The notes below the pieces were generated by a model. That model was not told where the DNA came from. It made no database searches and saw nothing but the letters and a program-made list of their open reading frames with translations. The position numbers and the translations under genes are program-made. 64,000 nucleotides of DNA from Octopus sinensis (lineage: Eukaryota), in contig NC_043001.1 in NCBI RefSeq assembly GCF_006345805.1, positions 66,402,001 through 66,466,000 of the forward strand, written 5' to 3'. Positions 50,335-63,590 of this stretch are shown here, one piece after another (positions within the stretch are counted from its first letter, which is position 1; the number at the start of each line of letters is the position of its first letter).

Positions 50335-51550
50335 ACAAGGACAGACTGAAAAGTTAATAGACTAACTATGAAGGAGTGATGCTAGAACTGTGAAATCTTG
50401 CATGCTTTAATTTCTACTCTTCTTTTAATAACTGTACTGTTTCTTTCCAGGTAAACTGATTACTCACTGTTTAAAGAACACTTCAAAAGTAACTAGTGGT
50501 GATATCTCTTAAAAATTGACAAACTTTGGCATCGTGTTGTTATCAAGTACCTGCAGAAAAAGGGCTTTCTCCTCAAGGACATTTATGCTGACATGGTTGC
50601 TACATTAGTGAGATGATGCTTTATCAACAGTGCAAAAGTGGGCGGCTGAATTTAGGAGGGGAAAGGAAGAGTCTTGAAAATGACCCAAGTTCTGGATGAC
50701 CTGCAACTACCACCACCAAGGGAAACATTGATTGTGTTCACCACATAGTGATTGCTGACAGACAACTGACTATAAATCAAATAGTCAATGCTGTAAGCAT
50801 ATCCTATGAGAGACTTGAGAATATTCTGCACAATGAACTTGACATGACAAAGGCTTCTGCTCAGTGGCTGCCATGTCCTCTAACACCTGATCAAAAGCCC
50901 ACCAGGCTGATCACCTCACAGGAAAATCTGACATTGTTTGAAGCAGATCCAGCTGGTTCCCTTGAATGTTTCCTAACTCAGGATGAATGCTGGCTTCATT
51001 ATTTTGAGCCAGAGACAAAGAGACAATCCATGCAGTGGAAATACCCTTCCTCACCTGCTCCAAAAGAGGCCAAAGTTGTTTCCCCTGCAGGGAAGGTGAT
51101 GGTCTCAGTGTTTTGGAGTGCAAAAAGCATTGTGTTTACTGACTATCTTGAAAAGAGGAGCACCAGCAATGGAGAGTACTATGCCAATTTGCTGAGGCAG
51201 TTATGAAAGACTATCAAGGCCAAATGATCAGGAAAACTGATAAAAGGGGTTTTGTTTCATCAGAATAATGCTTCAGCACACATCCTTAATTTCAATGGCT
51301 GTTGTGTGTGACTGTGTCTTTGAACTGATTAATCACCTTCACTATCCTCCCTAACATGAAAAAATACTTGGTTGGAAACCATTGCAGTGATGATGACATC
51401 ATGTCTGCTATTAATGATTTTTTTGGCAACAGAATCCAAGCACTGCAACACCAATGGAAGAAGGGGGATATTTTTGAAAAATAAACCTCATTTGGCTACA
51501 TTTCCTGAGAGTGTCTTGGTCAACCTCCAAACTTTTCAGCCAATCATATC
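50335..51550 (+). mobile_element. Decayed mariner transposon (second family)
   Basis: ORF 50748..51206: AQWLPCPLT, FLTQDECW, EPETKRQSMQW, AGKVMVSVFW; degenerate ctgaaaagtt TIR cores at both ends. Confidence 0.85.
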
Positions 51551-51801
51551 ATCATCATCATTTTCTTCATTTAACATCCATTTTCCATATTGGCATGGGT
51601 TAGACAGTTTGACAGGAGCTGGCAAGACCAGGTTCCATTGTCTGTTTTGGCATGGTTTCTACAGCTGAATGCCCTTCTTAACACCAACCACCTCACAGAG
51701 TGTAATGGGTGTTTATTATGTGGCACCAGCACCAGTGCTTTTTACATGGCACCAGCAGTGACAAGGTCACCTGTATATATACACATACATGTACACATAT
51801 A

Positions 51802-52012
51802 TGAAAGGGTGCTGAAAAGCTCCTGGCTTTAAGAGTATCATGAAAGGCCTGGTTAGAGGCCCATCTTCCCTAGTTCTTTTACAGGGCTTAGAAAAACTGA
51901 AGGTTTGCTGAAATAAGTGTGAATCTAAGAGGAGAATATGCTGAATAAAGACATCATTAATGGATCCTCCAGTATTTCCTTAAACCCAAAGCCACGAACT
52001 TTTCAGTACCCC

Positions 52013-52016
<4 letters not shown>
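51802..52016. mobile_element. Mariner-derived MITE with TA target-site duplication
   Basis: TIRs tgaaagggtgctgaaaagctcctggc / gccacgaacttttcagtaccccctca. Confidence 0.8.
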
Positions 52017-52054
<38 letters not shown>

Positions 52055-52077
52055 AAATATGTGAATATATGTGAAAT

Positions 52078-54211
52078 TTGGTTAAAAACATCTCTCTAAG
52101 ATTGTCTGGCTTGTCCGCCAGTGCCGATATTTTTATGCAGAAAGCGGATTTTTATAACGCCGCACTATCCAAGGCCGGTTATAGGCAGAAGGTAATTTAT
52201 ATTGATCCGGCCCTTCCGATGCCATCATTCGGTCATCAGGATAGGGCCGTATATAATAACATTAACATTTTAAGTAAGGACGGGAGCGCGGCGGATACCG
52301 GGGTAGTCGCTCCCGCATTTAATTTAGCGAACAAGGATAATTATCGGTCCGGGAGGTCTTACACTAACCCAAGACCCGTTATTCATCCGAGAATCACCCA
52401 CCCAAATGCGAGAGCTGGCGTCCCGACCCATCACACTGATAGGAATAAGCATATATGGTTTGTAATCCCCTTTGGTAAGCAGATTAGAACTAACCTCCCC
52501 CTCATGTTTAGACAAGCCATCGCCAATAACTTCCCCAGAAATTCCAAATATTACTCCACGGTTAACTCACATAAAGTTAGGATAGCTTTCTCCAACACTA
52601 AAAACCTCGCCCAGATAATCGCCTCCCATAATAATAGGCTACTTACTAAGACCCTATCACCTTTTTCCGGAGGCACAGCCTCTTCCGCTCCCGGTTTAAT
52701 GCTCAGTAGGAATAATTATAGTAGTAATAATGATATGAGAGCCAGTACAGTGACACATAATCTCAGCTCCAGCCAGGGAGTACCCACTAGGGGTATAGTT
52801 ATAAATAGGGGTGTTGTGGTTGATGGTAACAATGGGAGTAGGGTAGAGAGCCCCTTTAGCATCCCCAGCATCATTTCCCGCAATAGCAGTACCACGGGCA
52901 GTAGCAATGACAGCACTCTGATAGATAGTGGAGAATCAGGGGTTATTCCTATAGTTAATAGTGACGTAGTGGAAAATAGAGTAGTAAGCGGCTGCAGGTC
53001 TCGGAACGAATATAGTGACAGGAACGCAGTTCTAATTTCAGAAACCAATCCTAGCAGAGTAAGATTCACGTCGGCGAACTCCAAGATCAAAAACGCCGTC
53101 TACCAATGCAAGGTTTACACGGACTCAGATGCCTTCACTTATATAGGGGCATCATCCTCAAGATTGTCTTTGCGTGTCTCCAACCATTACGCAACTTTTC
53201 GGGACGTGAACAAGCGCCAGACCACGGGACTCAGTAAGCTAATATGGCGACTGAAGGATGCGAACTTAAGCTATAGGCTGGAATGGTCAATTTTGTCGGT
53301 GGCCCTCCCATTTGATAGGGGCAGAAGACAGTGCAACCTTTGTGTCTCCGAACTCTTCCATATTTTGTTTGCCAGAGGCCGGATGGTAAACGGGCTCTTA
53401 CAGTCGGCTTTTCGATGCCCCCATTGGCGGCGTTACACTTATCTGGCCTTTAAATAGCGTTTATAAATAAGACCGGCACCCATAGCCCTTGGTAACAAAT
53501 TCTGAAATAGCTTTTAAGATATCAACAATTAACCACTGCAAGGGAAATTACTCCTGTAAGACAAACGGGGCTTGTTTTTTCACAGCCGGGGGTTTCCTTG
53601 TCAAGGCAGGCTTAGATGAACACACACACACACACATAAAACATAATATATATATATAATTTCTTTATATTTTTTTTCTTTCTGCCACCCAACGGTTATC
53701 ACGGCAGTAGCCACTGACAGCCGAACGATCAAACGCACACACGTACACAAAAAATGTTTTCTACCCCTACGCCAACACACACATATATAGAACAGTATAC
53801 ACACACACGTCTCTAAGTAGATTTTTTCTCGCCCCTTATAAACATCCAATATTCTTTAAATAGTCAGAACTTTATTCTCGGTCACAAAGAACATCTATAC
53901 ACCCTCACCCACATGATTGACCGATGCCTGACCTGTTGAATTCTTCAGCCACCGGTTCTCAACATACACTGATAAACAGTTTCGCCATGGGCTCTTAGGA
54001 GCACAGTTCGATTTGTTTTTTGCTCTGCCTCTGTTCTGTTTTTGTTTTTCCAACGGATTTCCTTTTTTCTTCCTGAAGAGAAAGACACAATATGGTCCCA
54101 TTATTCAATCGGATTTTGGTAATTTGTGCCTTTCGAAACACATGTAGAATGAAATAAAACGATTTCTGTTCAATCTGCGTTCAGCTCCATTTCTTCAATT
54201 CACCAATAATG

Positions 54212-54212
<1 letters not shown>
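52078..54212 (+). mobile_element. Young-looking 5'-truncated Penelope-like element: 459-codon open frame (RT thumb end, linker, GIY-YIG) and 3' tail, bounded by (TA)n
   Basis: KNISLRLS..YNAALSKAGY, HIWFVIPF, AVYQCKV..TYIGAS..RVSNH..IWRLK..CNLCVSE..CPH; no RT catalytic motifs; tail homologous to the 16837-18280 arms. Confidence 0.9.
54065..54155 (+). ncRNA. Type I hammerhead ribozyme in the PLE 3' tail
   Basis: ttcttc CTGAAGA gaaagacacaa...ttgtgcctttc GAAAC acat GTA gaatgaaat. Confidence 0.8.
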
Positions 54213-54270
<58 letters not shown>

Positions 54271-54455
54271 GGAGATGTACTTGCATAGCAAGTGACCTGA
54301 TCTGAGATTCTGAGATCATGTGCTGGAATGAAATTGCAGTGTGGAAGGTGTTTATAAGCCATTTAAGAAACACAAATTAATTTTAAATGTTGAAGTGAAT
54401 CTAACGGTTTTTGTTTGTTTCTTAAATGGCTTATAAACACCTTTCATGCTGCAAT

Positions 54456-54487
<32 letters not shown>

Positions 54488-54492
<5 letters not shown>

Positions 54493-56990
54493 CGTAGCTG
54501 GTACCGCATCGACTGGCCTCCGTGCTGTGGGCACAACAAACACCATCTGATCGTGGCCGTTCGCCAGCCTCACCTGGCACCTGTGTCGGTGGCACATAAA
54601 AACACCATCCAAAGACCCGGCGACGTAGTCAGTCCACCTGTGCATACCTTCCCTCTTATGACACTTGTGAAGACCTGTTGAGGCAGAGGCAAGTGTGTGA
54701 CACTTTGTGAAGACCTGTTGAGGCAGAGGCAAGTGTGTGACACTTGTGGAGACCTGTTGAGGCAAGTGTGTGACACGCGTGACACTTGTGAAGACCTGTT
54801 GAGGCAAGTGAAAATCAAACCAAATCAAAATAGATGAACATCAATGGAATTTGTATCTTTGTGGTTCCAGTACCGGTGGCACACAAGAAAACCATCCGAT
54901 CGTGGCCGTTCGCCAGCCACATCTGGCACCTGTGTCGGTGGCACATAAAGACACCATCCGAAGACCCGGCGACGTAGACAGTCCACCTGTGCATACCTTC
55001 CTTCTTGTGACACTTGTGAAGACCTGTTGAGGCAAGTGACACTTGTGAAGACCTGTTGAGGCAAGTGACACTTGTGAAGACCTGTTGAGGCAAGTGAAAA
55101 TCAAATCAAATCAAAACAAATCAAAATAGATGAACATAAATGGAATTTGTATCTTTGTGGTACCAGTGCCGGTGGCACACAAGAAAATCATCCGAACGTG
55201 GCCGTAGCCAGTACCGCATAGACTGGCCTCCGTGCTTTGGGGACGTAACAAACACCATCCGATCGTGGCCGTCCGCCAGCCTCATCTGGCACCTGTGTCG
55301 GTGGCACATAAAAACACCATCCGAGCGTGGCCGTCTGCCAGCCTCGTCTGGCACCTGCCAGCCTCATCTGGCACCTGTGTCGGTGGCACATAAAAACACC
55401 ATCCGAGCGTGGCCGTCTGCCAGCCTCGTCTGGCACCTGTGTCGGTGGCACATAAAAACACCATCCGAGCGTGGCCGTTCGCCAGCCTCGTCTGGCACCT
55501 GTGTCGGTGGCACATAAAATCACCCACTACACTCTCGGAGTGGTTGGCGTTAGGAAGGGCATCCAGCTGTAGAAACACTGCCAGATCTGACTGGCCTGGT
55601 GCAGCCTTCGGGCTCCCCAGACCCCAGTTGAACCGTCCAACCCATGCTAGCATGGAAAACGGACGCTAAATGATGATGATGATGATGATGATGATGATAT
55701 ATATATATATATATATATATGAACATCAATGGAATCTGTATCTTTGTGGTACCAGTGCCGGTGGCACACACTTTGTGGCACACATGAGAACCATCCGAAC
55801 GTGGCCGTAGCCAGTTCCGCATCGACCGGCCTCCGTGCTGTGGGCACGTAACAAACACCATCCGATCATGGCCGTTCGCCAGCCTCATCTGGCACCTGTG
55901 TCAGTGGCACATAAAAACACCTTCCGAAGACCCGGCAAGACTAGTCAGTCCACCTGTGCATACCTTCCTTCCTTCTTGTGACACTTGTGAAGACCGGTTG
56001 AGGCAAGTGAAAATCAAATCAAATCAAATCAAAATAGACAAAATAGATGAACATCAATGGAATTTGTATCTTGTGGTACCAGTGCCTGTGGCACACAAGA
56101 AATCCATCAGTGCCGTAGTCAGTGCGGTGGGCACATGACAAACACCATCCGATCGTGGCCGTTCGCCAGCCTCATCTAGCACCTGTGTCGGTGGCACATA
56201 AAAACACCATCCGAAGACCCGGCAAGACTAGTCAGGCCATAACCTATGGCCCCTACCTGGGACGTAGTCAGTCCACCTGTGCATACCTTCCTTCTTGTGA
56301 CACTTGTGAAGACCTGTTGAGGCAAGTGAAAATCAAAAAAAATCAAATCAAATCAAAACAAATCAAAATAGATGAACATCAATGGAATTTGTATCTTTGT
56401 GGTACCAGTGCCGGTGGCACGTGGCACATAAGAAAACCATCCGAACGTGGCCGTAGCCAGTACCGCATCGACTGGCCTCCGTGCTGTGGGCACGTAACAA
56501 GCACCATCCGATCGTGGCCGTTTGCCAGCCTCATCTGGCACCAGTGTCGGTGGCACATAAAAACACCATCCGAGCGTGGCCGTCTGCCAGCCTCGTCTGG
56601 CACCTGTGTCGGTGGCACATAAAAACACCGTCCGAGCGTGGCCGTCTGCCAGCCTCGTCTGGCACCTGTGTCGGTGGCACATAAAAAACACCATCCGAGC
56701 GTGGCCGTCTGCCAGCCTCGTCTGGCACCTGTGTCGGTGGCACATAAAAAACACCATCCGAGCGTGGCCGTTTGTCAGCCTCGTCTGGCACCTGTGTCGG
56801 TGGCACATAACATCACCCACTACACTCTCGGAGTGGTTGGCGTTAGGAAGGGCATCCAGCTGTAGAAACACTGCCAGATCTGACTGGACTGGTGCAGCTT
56901 TCGGGCTCCCCAGACCCCAGTTGAACCGTCCAACCCATGCTAGCATGGAAAGCGGACGTTAAATGATGATGATGATGATGATGATGATGA
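54488..56990 (+). mobile_element. Tandem mosaic of RTE 3'-UTR modules with two (TGA)n termini and internal ~60-bp and ~27-bp tandem units
   Basis: Repeating agcgtggccgtctgccagcctcgtctggcacctgtgtcggtggcacataaaaacaccatccg and gtgacacttgtgaagacctgttgaggcaa; tails at about 55670 and 56965. Confidence 0.88.
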
Positions 56991-57036
56991 TATATATATA
57001 TATATACACATATGTATACAAATAAATATATATATT

Positions 57037-57070
<34 letters not shown>

Positions 57071-57099
57071 CATACATACATACATACATACATACGTAT

Positions 57100-57780
57100 A
57101 ACAACAAGTTTATGACATGTGTCTTTGAAGGCTACCTCAATGCAATTCAAGAACAAGAGATCTCCAACAAGTAACCACAGCATAAAGACAAAAACGTTCA
57201 CAGACAACAAATGTCAGCTGTGCAAGACCAAAACTAAAGACATCAACCACATTATTTCCAATTGTGAGAAAATGTCTTCTAGATATTATCTTTGCATGAG
57301 GTATGAGGCATGATGCTGTGACCAGAATGGTCTGGATCAGGATAACAAAAAAGAAAACACCTACAGACGAATTTGGACTATATTGAGACCAATGGTTCAG
57401 AAGAATATTGGTAGAACTTAAAAATTAAAACAACCAAGTTAAGACACAACTGGTCAGATATTGTTGTGTGGGACCACAGGGAAAAGATATGGTCTGATGT
57501 GGAAATCAGCTGCCCTCTAGATACCAATGTGATTAGAAAAATACAAGAGAAAGAGGTCATCTATGGACCATTGATTAGGAGTTTGCAAATCCAGTACCCA
57601 AGATGTACTTTCAGCTTCATACCTATTATTATTGGAGCAACAAGATAAATACCTGTCTAAAGCAAAGTATGGCTGAACTTGGGTTCTTGGGGAGAGAATA
57701 CAAATCCTTAATTCATATGCCACAAATGATCACAATATCTGGGACTATAAAATTCTGCAAGGCCTTTTTAAAGGATGATT
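57100..57780 (+). mobile_element. C-terminal remnant of an REL-endonuclease non-LTR retrotransposon (R2/R4/NeSL-type)
   Basis: CQLC..HIISNC knuckle, RHDAV, HNWSDIVVWD..DVEISCPLD..KIQEKEVIY..IPIIIGA. Confidence 0.75.
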
Positions 57781-57868
57781 AACAAAGTGTGATGCTTTCC
57801 TTCACAACCTTGCTACCAAGTAGATGGCTGGTGAAAATTTACTCTAAGAAAGAAAGAGAAGAACACGT

Positions 57869-57901
<33 letters not shown>

Positions 57902-57999
57902 GGTGTGTTTGTGTGTGTGTGTGTGTGTGTGTAATTCATCAAGAAAAAATGTACTCGTATATCTGTCAGGAGAGTAGGTATATTAATCAAAGTGTACAG

Positions 58000-58257
58000 C
58001 ATTATATATCAATTACAGCTGATCTTACCAATCGGTTTCACACTAGATGTTCAACGGAGTGTTATAGGTAACAATCTGAATATGTAACCCTGCAATCTTC
58101 AGAAGTAACTGTTATGAAATGAAATATGGCGATTACCATATCATTCCATAACAGCTAACTCTGAAGAGCATGGTGTTGCATAATCAGACTGTTACCTACA
58201 CTCTGCTGAACACCTAGTGCAAAACTGATTGGTAAGATTGGCCATAATAGATATATA
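58000..58257. repeat. Diverged fold-back containing two degenerate hammerheads (58021-58107 minus, 58157-58239 plus)
   Basis: Both arms have CTGAAGA...(G/A)AAAC (c/t)gatt GGTA aga. Confidence 0.65.
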
Positions 58258-58363
58258 AGAACATCTATGGAGTTTGCAAATCCAGAACCCAAGTTGCGCT
58301 CTCAGCTTCATACCTACCATTATTGGAGCAACAGGATAAATACCTACCTATCTGGAGCACTTT

Positions 58364-58396
<33 letters not shown>

Positions 58397-59227
58397 GTAT
58401 ACTGTACTGCTATATTTGATTTTGTTTCATTTTGCCTCTTGATCTGGTTTTCCCATATTATATTGTGTAGGCATGTGGCCAAGTGGTTAGGATGTTAGTC
58501 TCATGATCACATGTTCATGGGTTCCGTTACTGGTCTAGACATTATGTTGTTGAGCAAAGTGCTTCATTTCACTTTGCTCTCAGTGTTTTAAGGTGAGTGA
58601 GGGCCAAGACGTTTATGTCTGATCGTGACTACATTGGTATCTAAAACTATCTCCAAAAGCATGGCACATGCTACCAATGTCATACTCGATTGCGAGATGT
58701 GGCTATTATTGGTTATTTTGTGGTAGTGGTGGTGGGGCTCGAGAATTTCCATTATTTGATGATCAGGATTGAGTTGTTCAATCGACTGAATTAACTTGTA
58801 GGTTATCGTTAATGTAATTCTCAGACAGAATCAGTGTGACAGGGCTGCATCTTTTGAATTACAAGTTAGCTTGTACATAATTTCACAAGGTATGGAGCGA
58901 TCCAAGGTTATAGAATAAGACATTTGTCCAAGATGGAACGTTGTGGTTGCAAAGCAAACTTCTTAATCATTCATCCATACTGCGCCTACGATTATCTCGT
59001 ATTATGAATTTTGAATATCTTCCCAAATACATTTGCTACGAAGCAACCCATACAGGACATTAACTATTGTATAAGGGAAATAACTTCAGTTATTATACCA
59101 CTTCTAAGGGAAATAACTCTAAACATCACAATAAAGATTTATTTTATTCTACTAGAATTTTTCAGCTAATAAGGAAGAAGCAATTTTGTTTACACACGCA
59201 CGCACGCACACATTCACACACACACAT

Positions 59228-59273
<46 letters not shown>

Positions 59274-60299
59274 TGTCATCCATACCACATTTCTTCTCAA
59301 TTTAGACATAAAGGTTCCTAGTTTGAATACAGCCTGATACTATGTACATATCCTCTATAGGCGATCAAAGATCAAACTGATGATCTAAACGAAGTCATAG
59401 AAATATTTTTTAAAGTTTCATTTGTATAGATTATAATAAGCTCTAATTTTATTAACAGTAATTAATCTCAAACATTGAGATAATTAATCTAACAACACAG
59501 ACCACAAATACCACTACCTATAGCTGTCCCTTGGAGTTTGGTTATTTAAACTCCCTAAAACATGCCTTAATATCGTTTAGTGACTATGCACCACTTTCCT
59601 GGGTCTTAGACGACCATATCTTCCTAGTACTTATTTTCTTCTGTTATATATTTTATTAAGTGGCATATGTCAGTATTCTTCAAGATTATCAAACTAGTAG
59701 ATAAGTAGATAAATTTTGAACAAAGTGATAAGTTTTGATGAGTAGATAAGTTTGCGATAACTTAAACATAACTTATTTTCCATTCCTGATGCCTTTTCAT
59801 TACTAAAAACCTCAAGAAAAGCTCATACATCAAAGCTTTTTCATCTCTTCCTCACCTGAAAGGATACTGTTTCAACATGCTATCCTTATGTGTACTTATG
59901 CGTGTATACACTCTATTAATCTTTCTGTTAGTCTTTTCCTAAAATCCTCATATTTAACACAAAAGATAGGCTTTACAGTTGTGGTTTTTTTCTTAAGTCC
60001 TTTTGACTTATATGTATGTATATAATAAATTGATCCCTCTCTATCTTTTCAACTCTATTCACATTGATTTATCTCTCTGTTCCTCTCATTGAGATTCTCT
60101 TATCTCTGTTTTTCCCTCTCTGCTGCTTCATGTCATTTTACTTTCTCTCTCTCTCTCTTTCTCTTTCTCTCTCTCTCTCACTTTCTCTCTTTCCATATCG
60201 CTCTCTACTTCTTCCTACTCTCCTTTCTTCCCTATGTGAACAAATGGAACCTCATCAATACCAACTGCAACTTTAAAATCCAAACAAACTGGCAGTTTG

Positions 60300-63200
60300 A
60301 AGAAATGAAAGCAATACTTCTTTCATGAAACTTAGCAGAAGGATCATCACCAAACAACCTAATCACAGAAACCCTGAAGAGCATTGCTATTCACCAAACC
60401 ATGACTCAAATACAAAGTAATATGGACGAATTTATTTCTTCATATGCCCTTGTTACATTGCATATTGAATTATTGGTCAGTGTCTTAAAAAAGGAGGGTT
60501 ATATGGAAAAGATTGAAAAGAAACCAGTTACACACTCTTGACTAACTCAATAGAATTTATGAAGGGTCAACGTGATACTGTGAGAGACAAATGCAACAAA
60601 ACAGGCATCACCATTCTAGGCAACTGTGAGCCCAAGGAAAACAACAGCAAAACAAAGACAAACCAGGAAATACAGACAAAGCCAAAGATGAAGGTGGAGA
60701 CACAAGAAAGAAAGCAAACTGTGGAAGTCCATTGGTCCAAGGTGAGAAGAAAGACAAAAAAATGTAGAACTTGCAGAAACAAAAGCTCTGTGAAAAAGAA
60801 AACTCAAGCTGTCTCTAATTTCTGTGCAAATGGTACCTACTGGTATGAAGATACTCGGACAGGCTGATTATTTGCTCATTCCAAATCTTCTGTGAACAGT
60901 ATCTGTTTTGCTCAATTAAAAACCAGGTAAAACTGTTCCTCAGAAAGTAAACACTTCCATCAGAATCAAAAGGACAAAAGACCAGGTTACAATACATACA
61001 GCTTCTGCTCTGGGAACATTCAGATGTTGTATGCACCACTCCTAAGATGAGGCAAAATGTAGATAAGGTGCAGACAGCAGCAGACAAACAGCATACTTTT
61101 TTGATTCGATTCAAAGGATCTGGAAGCTGGCCTGGCTTCATCAAACATTATGTCACAGAAACACATATCAGCATACAAAACCATTACAAACAAGCCACCC
61201 CTGATGCCTCCACAAATACCAGTCCAGCAGCCACTACTGACACCCCATACATTCCCACTGAATACCAGGAGCCTTGTAACATCCCACCAGCATAAAACTC
61301 CATACTTGAGAGACTTAGTTACATATCATCAAGCAATATGCATGGCACTAACAGAAACACATCTGACCACTGACACAGCAGATGCTGTGATACACATACT
61401 GAAGTATGTTGTATTTCAAACTAATAGGATAGAAAGAACTCATGATGGTGTTGCAATGTACATCTAGGAAGATGTCACACCTGTAGTCTTCCTGTCACAC
61501 TCAAACTCAGTTTGTGACTCACTGATGGTAGATATTAAACAGATTATAATGGTAACGTGCACTACTTATTTCCCACTAGATACTCCAAATCATGGCTACT
61601 CATTTGAAGAGAGCCTCAAAAAGATGGAAGCTGTATTAAACAAACTAGATGACAGTCTTCACATACTTCTAAAAGACTTCAAATTTGCTGATGTCAAATC
61701 TCCCCTCTGAGATATGTCACTGCATGAGCAAAGGCAGGCCAGATTTCAGCTTGACCTTACAAACAGGGTATTCATGGAGCAAATAGTGTTCCACCCAACA
61801 AGGGGTAAAAATGTGCTGGACCTCTGCTCTACAAATAACACATTATACATCCAAAATATTAAGGCAACACCAACGAGTTTCTCAGACCATAACTTAGTAG
61901 AACCAACAATGTATGGTCTGCAGAAAATTGCAGACATGCAGTCTACTAGAAGCACTTGACTCCTTTCCAGCCTGAGCTTTTGTAATTCTAATTGGAAAGA
62001 TGTTCAAAAAGGTCCTGGAACAAAACTGGTTTGCTACATTGGGTATTGATATAAAGCTACAATGCTTTATGATCATCATGCAAGATATATGCAGTAAGTT
62101 TGCCCTGAGAGAATATCAAACCAACAAAAAAACATAATTTCCAGAGACAGGAAAATTTTAATGAGCTAATGAACAAAGGTCTCAAATTGGCTAAATGGAC
62201 CACTAAAGGATAGTGAAGAAACTTATCTCAAACAAACATTTAATGAGATTGAAAGTAAACTTAAATACTCCATTAAAAGAAGAGTGCAGAAATCCAGGGC
62301 TGTGGTCTGTAAAAAATGTAAAGACAAACTCTAAAGCCTACTATAGACTTGCAAAAGAAGCTGCTTCAGTATAGTACAAGATAGGGCCACTGTTTAAAGA
62401 AAATGACTCACTCGCTGTGGACCCCCAAAAGATAAGTAAAATACTGAATGTACAATTCAAAAATGTTTTCACAGCTCTGTTGGAACACTTGCAAAATAGC
62501 TATGCCTGGTGAGTTCTTTGGCACCCCAACTCTACACAAAGCACAAAGAGGTGGCAATTATCGATTACATGAAATGAACTTAAACTCAGCTACAAGCCCT
62601 GGTGGATTCCTAGCAATCCTCCTAAAACATTCATTGCAAAGGAACCCTAGCAAGACCATGGCAGTTCCTCTTCTAAAGCTTCCTTGCAAGTGGCAGACTT
62701 CCAGAAAGTTAAAGGAAGGCATAATGTATTCTATCCATTAAGGAGAAAGCAAAACAGATGCTAAAAATTATAGGCCTGTCTTTCTAACCTATGTCAGTAG
62801 ACATGAAATGAACTATCAGGAGGAAGCCAATCATATTTCTAGGAGATAATGACTTGCTCCCTGATTCATAGCATAGCTTCTGCTTGGAAAGAAACTGCTT
62901 TACACAGCTTTTGCAGCATTATGACTGGCATTGAAACAATTTATTAATTGTTTAAACATGGATGGGATATATCTCGATTTTGCAAAGGCCTTTCATAAGG
63001 TTGATCATGAATTGATATGTCACAGGCTATGAAGACTCAGCATGGTTGAAAGCTGGGAGAGAGATTGCACGACTTCTTATAAGACAGAATTCAGGTTGCG
63101 GCAGCCAGTGGAGCCCTCTTCAAGGAGACAATAATAGTCAGGGAAGTGCCTCTTGGAATTGCTACAGATTCTTATGGCTGTCTTGGAAATGCCATTAGTT

Positions 63201-63590
63201 ACACGGGCAGCCAAACTTACTAGCTATGCTGATGATACAATAGTAGTATAGGCAGTCAAAGATCTTGACACCATATACAAATGGCCTGAAGAAAATAACA
63301 GGCAACTTAATGCAACAAAAATTCCAAGCTCTCTATCAGCCAGCTCATGCTAATACACTGCAACAAAGGTAGTTTGGACCAAAAGGAGCAACAATCCCAG
63401 AGTCAAATACAGTGTGTGACCTGGGGATTGATATGAGCAACAATGCATTATCTTACGTAAATATCACCTAGGTGGTGGCAATGTGCAGGTTAACGATCGG
63501 ATGGATTCTGCAAACTTTCAGAACAAGAAACCAGGAAACTATGCTGGTTCTCTGGAAGATGTTTGTTCTCAGCTCTCTAGGCTACAATCT
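60300..63590 (+). mobile_element. Long decayed CR1-group LINE (Cys-rich ORF1, APE, RT)
   Basis: ALTETHL, RTHDGVAMY, HPTRGKNVLDL, SDHNLV, NYRPV, YLDFAKAF and SYADDT motifs with many stops. Confidence 0.85.

Noticed and set aside
54488-56990. Regularly spaced repeats resembling a CRISPR array
   Set aside because: Units are contiguous tandem copies without unique spacers, belong to the RTE 3' UTR, and the context is eukaryotic with no cas genes.
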